From a virus: a stretch of DNA of 64,000 nucleotides. Each line of letters begins with the position of its first letter. The first letter of the stretch is position 1. The notes under the pieces were generated by a model. The model was not told the origin of the DNA. It ran no database searches and saw only the letters and a program-made list of their open reading frames with translations. The position numbers and the translations under genes were made by a program. Below are positions 48,897-58,331 of this stretch, piece by piece. Location: the IMG/VR virus record IMGVR_UViG_3300037010_000760, positions 4,422 to 68,421 of that record, one strand, 5' to 3'.

Positions 48897-51689
48897 ATGC
48901 CAAAATTCTATGTACCATTTGGTGTATTTCTGCTTAGTAATCCTATACGGAATTACTCTAGCAGGGTCATACCTAACTTTATCAGTAAAGTTATACCTAA
49001 TCCTGATATAGTGCTACCTACTCTATCTATTAGTGATGGTGTAATTAGTACAGTAGTCACGTCAATAACACTGTCCATAAGCAATGGTGTTATTACCACT
49101 AGCTCACCTATTGTCACAGATGTTGGGTACATAGCAACATTCATTGATGGGCTTACACCAATAACTAAGTATGCCTTTGTCGATACAGAAGTAAGTGCCA
49201 CAAATACTGTGTCATTCAAACTTGTGGCCACAAGTGCTTCGACATATTCTATATTGCCTAATTCGATTGGCCCGTTCCATATCACTTATGGCACTCCTCC
49301 AGATGGGCTTGTAGTGGCCCCCAGACAGCTTACCCTAGGAGCATCTTTACAGGTGAATGTGTCACTCTCTTCTTTGGTTCCAGTAGCTGCAAATAGTGTT
49401 TTGACCTTTACCCCAGATGTAGGTAATCCAGTCTCTATCACGTTAACTGGTAATGTGCTAACCGAGCTACCTATAGTACCATTACCTAGAATAACTGCAT
49501 TAGGTAATCAATTTATAAGGTCAGGAGTCCCATTTAGACTTAAAGGTGTTAATTGGTATGGTGCAGAAACTAGCTCCTACGTACCTCACGGCATGTGGGT
49601 TAAAAGTTATAAAGCCATCATAAAAGATATTGCTGATATGGGATTTAACTGCATCCGATTACCATTCGGTACAGATGGCTATTCAAATCCAAATTTAATA
49701 TCTCCAGATCAAGGAGCTATGGGTAACTCTGGAAGCCCAAATTCATATATTAATCCTGATTTGGTTGGATTAACTGTATACGAGGTTCTTGATAAGATTA
49801 TCAATGCCTGTACTAGAAATGGTATATATGTTCTGCTAGACAACCATAGAAATACGCTATCTGGGCAAGATGGTACTCCTATACCGACAGGTGGGACAGT
49901 ACAGCATTGGCATGATGTTTGGTCACTGATGGCAACTAGATACGCCAATAATACTACTGTAGTTGGTTCCGATCTATTTAATGAGCCTTATGCCTTACTA
50001 TGGGCAGATTGGAAAGAACTAGCTCAAAATTGTGGAAACTACATTCATACCATTGCGCCAGACTGGCTCATTTTTGTTGAGGGGACGAGTGGTACAGAGA
50101 GTGGATACCCATTCTGGTGGGGTGGTAACTTAGAATATGTCTCCACTAATCCTATAGTTTTAGCCGCACCTAATAAATTGGTATATTCTCCGCATGAATA
50201 TGGGCAATCTGTATATTTACAGAGTTGGTTAGCCTACTCAGGAAACACTCCAGCTAATTGGCCAAATAATCTTAACCAACTTAGAACAAATCACTGGGCA
50301 TTCATATTTGAGCAAAACATTGCTCCAGTATTTGTTGGAGAATTTGGTGGATTTTTTGGTTACGATATGGATGGGAATCTCACTAAACCAAATGGGCCTG
50401 AAGAGATAGCATGGTTAAATAATCTTATTGCACACATGAATGGTGATTTCAATAATGATGGTGTAAGTGAGTTGATCGGCGCTAATAAGGGTGTTTCTTT
50501 TGCTTATTGGTCATTAAATCATGATAGCTCAGATACTGGTGGTCTGTATACGGCTCAACCAAATAACGCTGGTTGGATTAACTGGCAGACAAATAAGTTA
50601 GCTTTGTTGTCTAATCTATTATCTGGTGCTATCGTACCAAAAGGTTGGGGTAATAGAGTTGTATATGGTTATTATCCTACATGGGATAATAATGACTATA
50701 CTTCAGCCACTGTTCAATCTGGACTCACCCACACTATAATGTCTTTTGTTCAACCAGACTTCACATGGTCAGGCTCAACAACATCATGGGAGGGTACGGG
50801 ATTAGATTTTGGAGTATCTAATACTCCAGCAATTATCAAATCAAGACTTACTACCATACAGGCTAGGGGCATAAAAGTGTTCATGTCTATTGGCGGCTCC
50901 TCATACTACAATTGGTCAGGTCTTGCAGCAGAATCTGGGCTTACTTCAGGAACTCCTATCAAAAATGCTTTATTGGCGTTCTATAACTACATGGGCTTTG
51001 ATGGTATAGATATTGATTATGAGATTAATATTGATGATGGTAACAGAACAACTATACTTGCCCAGTATGCTAAATCAATACAAGCATTACGTGAGGTTGT
51101 AGATGCGGCTACTATACCCGGAAAGCTATGCTTAACTACTGTATCAGTTGGTGCTGACTACACTGCTTATACTGTTCCGGCAGGTTCTACTTTACCCCAA
51201 GGAAACAGTTGGTTTGGTGGTAATGCTGGCTCTGAAAGGATAACATTTGCTCTATCTGCTATAGGTGCTTACTCAAGCAAGAAAATAAAAGATTTGGTAG
51301 ATATGATTACGATAATGTCATATGACATTGGGCCTGAAAAGTATGATCCTATAGTGGCATATGAGGATTTCAGGAGTATATGCCTTCCTACTACATCTGT
51401 TAGTATTGGTATACGTATTTCAGGTAGCAGTGCTCCACTATACAAGGACTATATGGTCTTATCCTCAGACTGTGTAAACTCAGCTACCATTGTTGATACA
51501 GATCAGTATAGTAGAATTGTTAATCAACCAAACTCTGTTGAGAGAGTTGCTAAGTATCTAATGGCTAATTCTGGAAACGCTAATGACGGTATTATGTTAT
51601 GGCAGGCCAGAGAAAACGCATCACGTCAGTTGTCTGGTAAGACTACTGCTACAGCAGACTCAACAATAGCTTATATAAACACCCTTTAA
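48897..51689 (+). CDS. GH5 endoglucanase (cellulase) fused to a GH18 chitinase-like domain
   Basis: GH5 at about 49480-50620: 'GVNWYGAET', 'GFNCIRLPF', 'LFNEP', 'WWGGNL', 'YSPHEYG', 'FVGEFGG', 'AYWSLN'. GH18 at about 50650-51686: 'YGYYPTW', 'KVFMSIGG', 'FDGIDIDYE', 'MSYD', 'GIMLW'. Confidence 0.92.
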   Translation: MPKFYVPFGVFLLSNPIRNYSSRVIPNFISKVIPNPDIVLPTLSISDGVISTVVTSITLSISNGVITTSSPIVTDVGYIATFIDGLTPITKYAFVDTEVSATNTVSFKLVATSASTYSILPNSIGPFHITYGTPPDGLVVAPRQLTLGASLQVNVSLSSLVPVAANSVLTFTPDVGNPVSITLTGNVLTELPIVPLPRITALGNQFIRSGVPFRLKGVNWYGAETSSYVPHGMWVKSYKAIIKDIADMGFNCIRLPFGTDGYSNPNLISPDQGAMGNSGSPNSYINPDLVGLTVYEVLDKIINACTRNGIYVLLDNHRNTLSGQDGTPIPTGGTVQHWHDVWSLMATRYANNTTVVGSDLFNEPYALLWADWKELAQNCGNYIHTIAPDWLIFVEGTSGTESGYPFWWGGNLEYVSTNPIVLAAPNKLVYSPHEYGQSVYLQSWLAYSGNTPANWPNNLNQLRTNHWAFIFEQNIAPVFVGEFGGFFGYDMDGNLTKPNGPEEIAWLNNLIAHMNGDFNNDGVSELIGANKGVSFAYWSLNHDSSDTGGLYTAQPNNAGWINWQTNKLALLSNLLSGAIVPKGWGNRVVYGYYPTWDNNDYTSATVQSGLTHTIMSFVQPDFTWSGSTTSWEGTGLDFGVSNTPAIIKSRLTTIQARGIKVFMSIGGSSYYNWSGLAAESGLTSGTPIKNALLAFYNYMGFDGIDIDYEINIDDGNRTTILAQYAKSIQALREVVDAATIPGKLCLTTVSVGADYTAYTVPAGSTLPQGNSWFGGNAGSERITFALSAIGAYSSKKIKDLVDMITIMSYDIGPEKYDPIVAYEDFRSICLPTTSVSIGIRISGSSAPLYKDYMVLSSDCVNSATIVDTDQYSRIVNQPNSVERVAKYLMANSGNANDGIMLWQARENASRQLSGKTTATADSTIAYINTL

Positions 51690-51699
51690 GGCATATACC

Positions 51700-54240
51700 A
51701 TGGCACGAAATGCAAGACTTACTGTTACCTTGAGTGCAGCAAGCACGTCTGTAGTTACTGTTAACTATGCCACTGTGGATGGCACAGCAGTATCTCCATC
51801 TGATTATACCCATGTTAGTGGTACTTTAACTTTTGCTCCGGGGCAGGTTACCAAGTATATTGATGTAGCTATTCGAGATGATCTTCTTGGTTCAGCATCT
51901 GAACAATTCTCGGTGGTGCTCTCTTCCCCAACTGGAGCAACTATCCTTGATAACACAGGCGATGTTGTTCTTGGTTCTGGTGTTGGGGAAATACCCGAGT
52001 ATTACAGAAGATTTAATTGGGTATACGATAAAGTTCACAATACATCTATTGGCTACTTTGGCCCACAAACGGGGCCAAATGCTTTCTCTGTACCTAGACA
52101 TATACCCGAAGTAGACAGTCGAATCATTAATGAGGCACCTGACTATGGTGGAGAGACTGTATCCGAAACTGCATCTTTCTGGGTTGGCCTAGAGGCATGG
52201 AAAGGTTTAGTATCTGGTGACTGGTCAGGCTATAACACATGTGCCAATAATATAGAAAAATTCTATATACCTAATAATGCTAATCAGCCTGTTGGTGCAT
52301 ATACAGCAAGCAGACCTGCTGATTATGTTCCAGAAGGTAACTTAGTTAGCGATTACCCTAGACTAGCTAACTTAGCTGCCCCTATTGGTGCAGACCCGTT
52401 GTATGACGAGCTTCTATCCACTTATAGTACGAAAAACATCTATTTAATGCATTGGATTATCGATGTTGAAGGTGCTTATGGGTTTAAGAATGCTGAATTA
52501 GGTGCTTCCCAACTCTCATTTATGAATACATACCAACGTGGTATGCAGGAATCAAGTTATGAGACTATTCCACAAGGAGCTTGGAATAATTGGCAGAATG
52601 GTGGTCGAGCTGGCTCTGGCGGCTATGACCCATTATTTAATCAAGGTCTTCCAGATTATCCTGCTGCACCGTATGCCTATTCAAAAAAATGGTCATATAC
52701 TAATGCACCAGATGCAGAGATGCGAGCTATTCAGTGGGCATTTCATGCTAAGAAATTTGCTACAGAACAAAACAAACTATCTTCTATTTCCTCCTCCCAA
52801 GAAAAGTATATAAAGATGGGAGACTATGCCCGATATAATTTGTTTGATAAGTATTTCCGCAAAATTGGTGATAATCAAGTTGCAGGTTCTGGTTACAACT
52901 CGTGTCATTATTTGATTAACTGGTACGCTTCTTGGGGTGGTGAAATACCTACAAGTGGTTTAGGAAGTTGGTCATATCGAATTGGCTGTGGAGAGTCTCA
53001 TCAAGGCTACCAGGCACTGATTTCTGCATATGCAATGGCTACTGGAGGTGGTGGTATGACTCCTATGTCTCCCAGTGCCGGGGACATATGGTTGGGTTCG
53101 GTATATCGACAAATTGAAATGATTCGTTGGCTTCAATCACCAGAAGGCCCAATAGCTAGTGGAGTCACAAATTCTTATGCTGGAGATTATAGAATTCCTG
53201 ATGGAAATAGAAATGTTTCCAAATTCTATGGAATGTCCTATGTCTACTCTCCAGTTTGGCACGACCCACCATCAAATAACTGGGTTGGCTTCCAATACTG
53301 GGGACAAGGTAGAACTGCTGATCTATTCTTGGAGGTGAGTGATAAAACTACTCCACTAGCTACAGCCATAAGACCAAATCTTGAGATAATTCTTGATAGA
53401 CTAGTTTCTTGGGCAATTAGAGAAACTAGCATACTCACTGCTAGTGATGTGAAAGTATCTTTTAAAGTGCCTGCTACTATATCGTGGATAGTTGATAACA
53501 CGAAAGCAGAGTGGGCTGCTGAAATAGCTGCTGGTCAAGGTATCCCAACAACAAACAATTTTGAAGGAAGCAAAGAATGGTTACCTACTCTTAACTGGGA
53601 TGGTAAAGGTGACTATGCTGCTTTCTGGAATGCAAGTACAGTTCCAAATCCACATTTACACTGCCAAATGGCCCCTGAAAATGAGGGCGGACATGGACAA
53701 GATGTAGGGGTGGCTGCAAGTATGGCCTATCTACTGATAGCCTATGCGAAAGCTAAAAAGAACATGGGTAAGTTCAATACTACTGTATCTATTGTTGTTG
53801 GTTCAACTACTTATGAACATACAGCAGAAAGAGCGTTTCTATTAGCTAAGGATTTGCTTGATATTATATGGAATCATTTTAGATCACCATCTATAGGAAC
53901 AGATATTGAATCTAGTTATGGTATTGGTTTATCTGAACCACGTAGTGATTACGCTAGAATGACTGACACTGTTTATGTGCCTACAACTCCTGTGGCATAC
54001 ACTGGGGCTATGCCAAATGGTGATGTTATAAATTCATCATCCACATTCATATCCATAAGATCATTTTTGAAAGATGATAAAAAATGGGCAGAGTGCCTTG
54101 CATATGCCAATGCAATGAAGGCTAACCCTAATCAGACTGCCGTACCTCCACCAAATATGCTGTATCATCGCTTTTGGGCGCAAGTCGAATTTGCTATGTC
54201 GTGTGCGGCTCTGCAATATAATTTTTCAGAACTACTTTAA
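51700..54240 (+). CDS. Calx-beta + GH48 processive cellulase
   Basis: GH48 motifs 'EAPDYGGETVSE', 'MHWIIDVE', 'NTYQRGMQES', 'YTNAPDAE', 'KMGDYARYNLFDKYF', 'WLQSPEGPIASGVTNS', 'HDPPSNNW', 'YHRFWAQ'. Confidence 0.93.
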   Translation: MARNARLTVTLSAASTSVVTVNYATVDGTAVSPSDYTHVSGTLTFAPGQVTKYIDVAIRDDLLGSASEQFSVVLSSPTGATILDNTGDVVLGSGVGEIPEYYRRFNWVYDKVHNTSIGYFGPQTGPNAFSVPRHIPEVDSRIINEAPDYGGETVSETASFWVGLEAWKGLVSGDWSGYNTCANNIEKFYIPNNANQPVGAYTASRPADYVPEGNLVSDYPRLANLAAPIGADPLYDELLSTYSTKNIYLMHWIIDVEGAYGFKNAELGASQLSFMNTYQRGMQESSYETIPQGAWNNWQNGGRAGSGGYDPLFNQGLPDYPAAPYAYSKKWSYTNAPDAEMRAIQWAFHAKKFATEQNKLSSISSSQEKYIKMGDYARYNLFDKYFRKIGDNQVAGSGYNSCHYLINWYASWGGEIPTSGLGSWSYRIGCGESHQGYQALISAYAMATGGGGMTPMSPSAGDIWLGSVYRQIEMIRWLQSPEGPIASGVTNSYAGDYRIPDGNRNVSKFYGMSYVYSPVWHDPPSNNWVGFQYWGQGRTADLFLEVSDKTTPLATAIRPNLEIILDRLVSWAIRETSILTASDVKVSFKVPATISWIVDNTKAEWAAEIAAGQGIPTTNNFEGSKEWLPTLNWDGKGDYAAFWNASTVPNPHLHCQMAPENEGGHGQDVGVAASMAYLLIAYAKAKKNMGKFNTTVSIVVGSTTYEHTAERAFLLAKDLLDIIWNHFRSPSIGTDIESSYGIGLSEPRSDYARMTDTVYVPTTPVAYTGAMPNGDVINSSSTFISIRSFLKDDKKWAECLAYANAMKANPNQTAVPPPNMLYHRFWAQVEFAMSCAALQYNFSELL

Positions 54241-54249
54241 GGAATTGCC

Positions 54250-54672
54250 ATGTCAGAAGTATATATAGCCCCCGAACCAACTCAGTTATCTGTGCTGGAA
54301 AAAATTGAAGAAAACACTGCTAATCTAATATTTCCTGAATTAGTCAGTGGTAATTTACCTGTTGCCCCCAATATCAGTCGTGGTAGTGGTGTAACTGACG
54401 CGAATACGCAACGTATTGTGCTTGCTAGCGACAGCCCTAACTCCGTATCTCTAGCATCCATTGATGCCAAGTCTCCTGCACTGGTGTCTGGTGCCTCTCC
54501 TGTTTCCATGCAAGTTCTTGGTGGCACTATTCCCGCCTATAACAACATGCTCATGTCATACACTGGCACCAACTTAACTACCGTGCAGTACCGGCTAAAC
54601 GTAGCCGTAGTAGCTACTGTGACGATGACATATGACGCATCTGGTAATATGTTAACTGCCACTCGGAGCTAA
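54250..54672 (+). CDS. tail-associated hypothetical protein
   Basis: C-terminal beta-rich 'YTGTNLTTVQY...MTYDASGNMLTATRS'. Confidence 0.6.
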   Translation: MSEVYIAPEPTQLSVLEKIEENTANLIFPELVSGNLPVAPNISRGSGVTDANTQRIVLASDSPNSVSLASIDAKSPALVSGASPVSMQVLGGTIPAYNNMLMSYTGTNLTTVQYRLNVAVVATVTMTYDASGNMLTATRS

Positions 54673-54674
54673 TC

Positions 54675-56339
54675 ATGGCCTATAAATTTAACCCATTCAT
54701 AGGTAACTTCGCTGATGCCTTTGCTATGACAAGTGCTCAACAAGCAGTAGGAGCCTTACAGCCTGTAGCTGCCACGTCTAATGGTAGTATAGTGCTGCCA
54801 GACGGCACCTATTTACGTAACACCGCTGTCAACTATATCGGTGTTGCTGGTACGGCTGGATTTGGCGTTGGCATTTGCCCTGCACCTGATTCTGCTAATA
54901 TGACTCCTATGTCTGGCTATGATAGTCCTACTAGCGCAAACTATGGTAACTATCAAGATGCGCGTGGGTCGGTGTGGTGCTGGATTCCAGCTTTTCGCTT
55001 TCGATTAGGTAATGCTACTGACCCTGGCTTTGCCACTTACGGAGCCAACACTATCCATATTGTTCCCATCGTGCAACACCCAGATGAGGCTACAGCTAAC
55101 TTAGATGGCTATTATCTGCACCGCGCATTTATTAATGGTGGGCAAGTGCATCGTGGACTTTTTCGTAGTAAGTATGACTGTAGTGTGCTCAATGGTGTGG
55201 CAGCAAGCCTGCCAAATGTACAGCCTATGGTGTCTGGGCCTTTAACAGGACAAGTAGGGTTTTCAGCGGTAAGTGCTGCTAATACCTACTATGGTGCAAT
55301 AGATGCTGCCAAAACGATGGGCCAGAAAGTTCATGCTGAAACCGTATTTCAGGCCGACGCGCTTTGCCGACTGAGCGAAGCCCACGCCCAAGCCGCCACC
55401 AGCACCGCCTACTGTGCCTGGTATGACCCCAGTGGTGTGCGCAACTATCCCAAGGGTAATGATAACAGTGCTCTTAAAAGTGAAGCTGATGTGACCCTTA
55501 GTGGTGGTAGTGCCGTTACTTGGACTTCAGCAAGCAATACCACGTACCCAGCATTTGCTCTAGCAGGTAGTGCTAATCAATTGTCCAAAACCACACATAA
55601 CGGGCAAGTATGTGGGGTAACAGATGTAGGTGGTAACATCTACAAAGTTAATTCTGGTATGACATGTGTAGCTAGTACGGTTAATATTACTGCTACTACT
55701 CAAACAAACCCGGTACAGATTACAGCAGCAGCTCATGGCTGCACTACAGGTGATGTAGTCCAAATTACAGTCATTGTTGGCATGACTCAAATCAACGACC
55801 GACTGTTTACTGTGACCGTGACTGACGCGAACAATCTAACCTTAAATGGTGTGGATGGTAGTGCATTCACGGCATACACATCGGGAGGGGTACTAGCAAG
55901 GGGTCGCTTCTATGTGCTTAAGCCTAGTGTAGACATTGCCTCTGTTACCAGTGGTACGGCTCTAGCCACCGATCACTGGGGTACAATTGGCGTTGCAGCG
56001 CTATTTGATGAAGTGCAAATGCAGTTTACAACAACTTATCCTAATAATGGGACTTATCAAAGATATGGTAACGGAGCAAATACTGTTTTTAGTCTCGCAT
56101 CAGCAGCTAGTCGTATGCGTGCAATGGCGGGCATACCGGAGTCTGGTGGTGTCTCAGTATCCGGCTCAAACCTAATGGGCGGGGATTACTTTTATCAATA
56201 TATAATTAACCAACTATGTGTAATCTCTAGAGGATATTGGGCTACAGGTAGTAATGCTGGTAATCGTCTTCGCCTTCTATCTGGCGCCCGTTCCTATTCA
56301 GCCTATCACGTTGGTTTTGCTGCTTCTTGTTATCTATAA
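54675..56339 (+). CDS. receptor-binding protein with FGE/CLec (Mtd-like) fold, FCCH-like insert and DGR-type variable region
   Basis: 'KTTHNGQVCGVTDVGGNI', insert 'ITATTQTNPVQITAAAHG...GMTQIN...AYTSGG', C-terminal 'RGYW..GS.AG....L...RS.S...VGFAAS'. Confidence 0.75.
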   Translation: MAYKFNPFIGNFADAFAMTSAQQAVGALQPVAATSNGSIVLPDGTYLRNTAVNYIGVAGTAGFGVGICPAPDSANMTPMSGYDSPTSANYGNYQDARGSVWCWIPAFRFRLGNATDPGFATYGANTIHIVPIVQHPDEATANLDGYYLHRAFINGGQVHRGLFRSKYDCSVLNGVAASLPNVQPMVSGPLTGQVGFSAVSAANTYYGAIDAAKTMGQKVHAETVFQADALCRLSEAHAQAATSTAYCAWYDPSGVRNYPKGNDNSALKSEADVTLSGGSAVTWTSASNTTYPAFALAGSANQLSKTTHNGQVCGVTDVGGNIYKVNSGMTCVASTVNITATTQTNPVQITAAAHGCTTGDVVQITVIVGMTQINDRLFTVTVTDANNLTLNGVDGSAFTAYTSGGVLARGRFYVLKPSVDIASVTSGTALATDHWGTIGVAALFDEVQMQFTTTYPNNGTYQRYGNGANTVFSLASAASRMRAMAGIPESGGVSVSGSNLMGGDYFYQYIINQLCVISRGYWATGSNAGNRLRLLSGARSYSAYHVGFAASCYL

Positions 56340-56417
56340 TCACTAAGTAGTAGCAATTAAGACTGTATTCGGTATATTGCCTACCTATAACCTCTATTGA
56401 TTTACTTGGAAAAAATT

Positions 56418-56873
56418 ATGACAGTCTCTATACTGAGCTATCTTAAAGTTTACACTCCTTATGCTATTATTCAGGCTACTATACCTAACTCTAGTATGGT
56501 AGACGATGAGCTACACTGTACTGAACTCTGCACTTTAGATAATGTCACGTATTTATCGGTGCCAGATGGTGTGACGTTACTGGAACAGCCTGACGAAATT
56601 GAACTTAAACCTGTCATATTGTCACCTGAATTACGTGAGCAAATCAAAGCTGCTAGTCCGCATATCCAGTTAATTTCAGAACTTATGATTCAGAAAATAC
56701 GAGACCGATATAGCATTGATGATGAGATGTTTTTCTCCCGAATCGGGGTGGGTGCCGCTACTGGCATGTACACTCCTACTGCAAGTGAGATGGCTGATAT
56801 GCAAGCATTCGGTGAGTTTATTGAGAGCGTGCGACAGTGGGGAAGAGGTGAGAGAGCAAAGCTAGGGTTGTAA
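56418..56873 (+). CDS. tail-fibre-associated hypothetical protein
   Basis: ATG 56418; 'TELCTLD.VTYLSVPD', 'IRDRYSIDDE', 'RAKLGL'. Confidence 0.65.
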   Translation: MTVSILSYLKVYTPYAIIQATIPNSSMVDDELHCTELCTLDNVTYLSVPDGVTLLEQPDEIELKPVILSPELREQIKAASPHIQLISELMIQKIRDRYSIDDEMFFSRIGVGAATGMYTPTASEMADMQAFGEFIESVRQWGRGERAKLGL

Positions 56874-56923
56874 GCTATATCTAACTATATATTCACCAAC
56901 ATAACAGTAAAGTATATACTATC

Positions 56924-57340
56924 ATGAGACTTGCTTTCTATAAATCCCCCGGAACTTGGTGGGATAAATGCATTCGTGTTGTCACAAAAAGTCATTACAG
57001 CCATGTAGAGTTAGTAGATGACATTGCCTGCTGGTCATCTAGTGTTCGTGATGGTGGAGTACGTTTAAAGTATATAGACTTTAATCAACCAGACACATGG
57101 GACTTTGTGCTGCTGCCTACCACAGTTGATAGAAACGCAGCACTGGCGTGGTTTGTTAGCCATAAGGGACAATCTTATGACTGGCTAGGGGTAATCAGAT
57201 TTATCATACCATTTATTCCACAGAGTGAGACTAAATGGTTTTGTAGTGAAGCTGTGGCAGCGTCACTAGGTTTGGATAGCCCAGAATCTTTTAGTCCTCA
57301 AGGACTTTACGATAAATTCAAGTCCATGGGGGCTGTATGA
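56924..57340 (+). CDS. permuted papain-like (YiiX/NlpC-P60) protein
   Basis: 'YSHVEL', 'RDGGVR', 'YDWLG', 'WFCSE'. Confidence 0.75.
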   Translation: MRLAFYKSPGTWWDKCIRVVTKSHYSHVELVDDIACWSSSVRDGGVRLKYIDFNQPDTWDFVLLPTTVDRNAALAWFVSHKGQSYDWLGVIRFIIPFIPQSETKWFCSEAVAASLGLDSPESFSPQGLYDKFKSMGAV

Positions 57341-57642
57341 GTATAGAGAACCAAGATTGGAATGGTCAAGATAGACGTGAACCGGCACATAGAGGAGTGA
57401 AATTTGATGCAACTATCAATTTGGGCCATATACTAACGTTTTTAGGCTTTATTTTGGCTGGATTTACTGCTTGGACAACTCTAGACAAGCGAGTGACAGT
57501 CATTGAAGAACGAGCAGTATTGCAAAATGTCATTGATAAGAATCAAGATTCAACTCTCACCAATAACTTGGTATCAATCAAGGAAAGTCTGGGAGAGATT
57601 AAAGTACAAGTTAATCGACTGAATGATCGAGTAGGAAGATAA
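57337..57642 (+). CDS. single-TM membrane protein (holin/antiholin candidate)
   Basis: 'DRR' motif, TM 'INLGHILTFLGFILAGFTAW', coiled C-terminus. Confidence 0.55.
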   Translation: MSIENQDWNGQDRREPAHRGVKFDATINLGHILTFLGFILAGFTAWTTLDKRVTVIEERAVLQNVIDKNQDSTLTNNLVSIKESLGEIKVQVNRLNDRVGR

Positions 57643-57645
57643 GCT

Positions 57646-57849
57646 ATGAAACTCAAAGATGACTGGCGTATGGTTCTAAGTAAAGCATGGAGCGTGCGTT
57701 TTATAGCTCTAGCTGGCTTGTTCAGTGGTGCAGAAACTGCACTTCCCTCTCTATCTGATAGTCTGCCACCCCATACCTTTGCTGCATTAACAGCCATTGC
57801 TACGGCTGGGGCTTTCATTTCACGGCTAATCGTACAAAAGGATATGTAA
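57646..57849 (+). CDS. holin
   Basis: 'DDWR....KAWSVR', two TM helices, 'RLIVQ'; overlaps the endolysin start. Confidence 0.75.
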   Translation: MKLKDDWRMVLSKAWSVRFIALAGLFSGAETALPSLSDSLPPHTFAALTAIATAGAFISRLIVQKDM

Positions 57850-58331
57850 TGGCTTCTGATGCACAAAAGAGAAAAGCTGCTGCACTTGCCATTGCTACAG
57901 CCTTGGCTATTCCAATGGAAGGTATACGCCAAATTGCTTACTATGACCCAGCCGGAATCCTCACTGTATGTGATGGGTCAACAACTGGCGTAGAAAAAGG
58001 AAAAATATATTCTCTAGCTGAGTGTCGGCAGCGACTTAATGACGACATGCTGGCTGCAATAAACACTGTTGACCGTTGTGTACCCGGCCTGCCGCCTCAC
58101 ATGCTAGCTGCATGGGGTGATGCTGTGTATAACCTTGGCCCAGCTATCGTCTGCAATAAGACTCGTAGCACTGCTGCCCGGTTACTAACATCTGGTCAAC
58201 GCCTTGCTGCATGTGACCAACTTCCACGCTGGGACAAGGCTCGTATCGCCGGAGTACAAATCTCACTACCTGGGTTAACAAAGCGTCGCTTAAAAGAACA
58301 GTCTCTTTGTAAAACTGGAGAATTAACATGA
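57849..58331 (+). CDS. SAR endolysin, GH24 lysozyme
   Basis: Basic plus Ala-rich SAR segment; E-x8-D-x5-T triad 'EGIRQIAYYDPAGILT'; 'LPGLTKRR'. Confidence 0.9.
   Translation: MASDAQKRKAAALAIATALAIPMEGIRQIAYYDPAGILTVCDGSTTGVEKGKIYSLAECRQRLNDDMLAAINTVDRCVPGLPPHMLAAWGDAVYNLGPAIVCNKTRSTAARLLTSGQRLAACDQLPRWDKARIAGVQISLPGLTKRRLKEQSLCKTGELT

Noticed and set aside
48897-54240. Glycoside hydrolases as host contamination or metabolic auxiliary genes
   Set aside because: They are embedded between terminase/adaptor and portal genes with tight coupling, phage-like codon style and no secretion signals. A structural role is more parsimonious, though unproven.
55680-55890. 'Ubiquitin-activating E1 FCCH' similarity implying a ubiquitin system
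   Set aside because: This small beta domain is common in phage tail proteins; no E1, E2 or Ubl genes are present.
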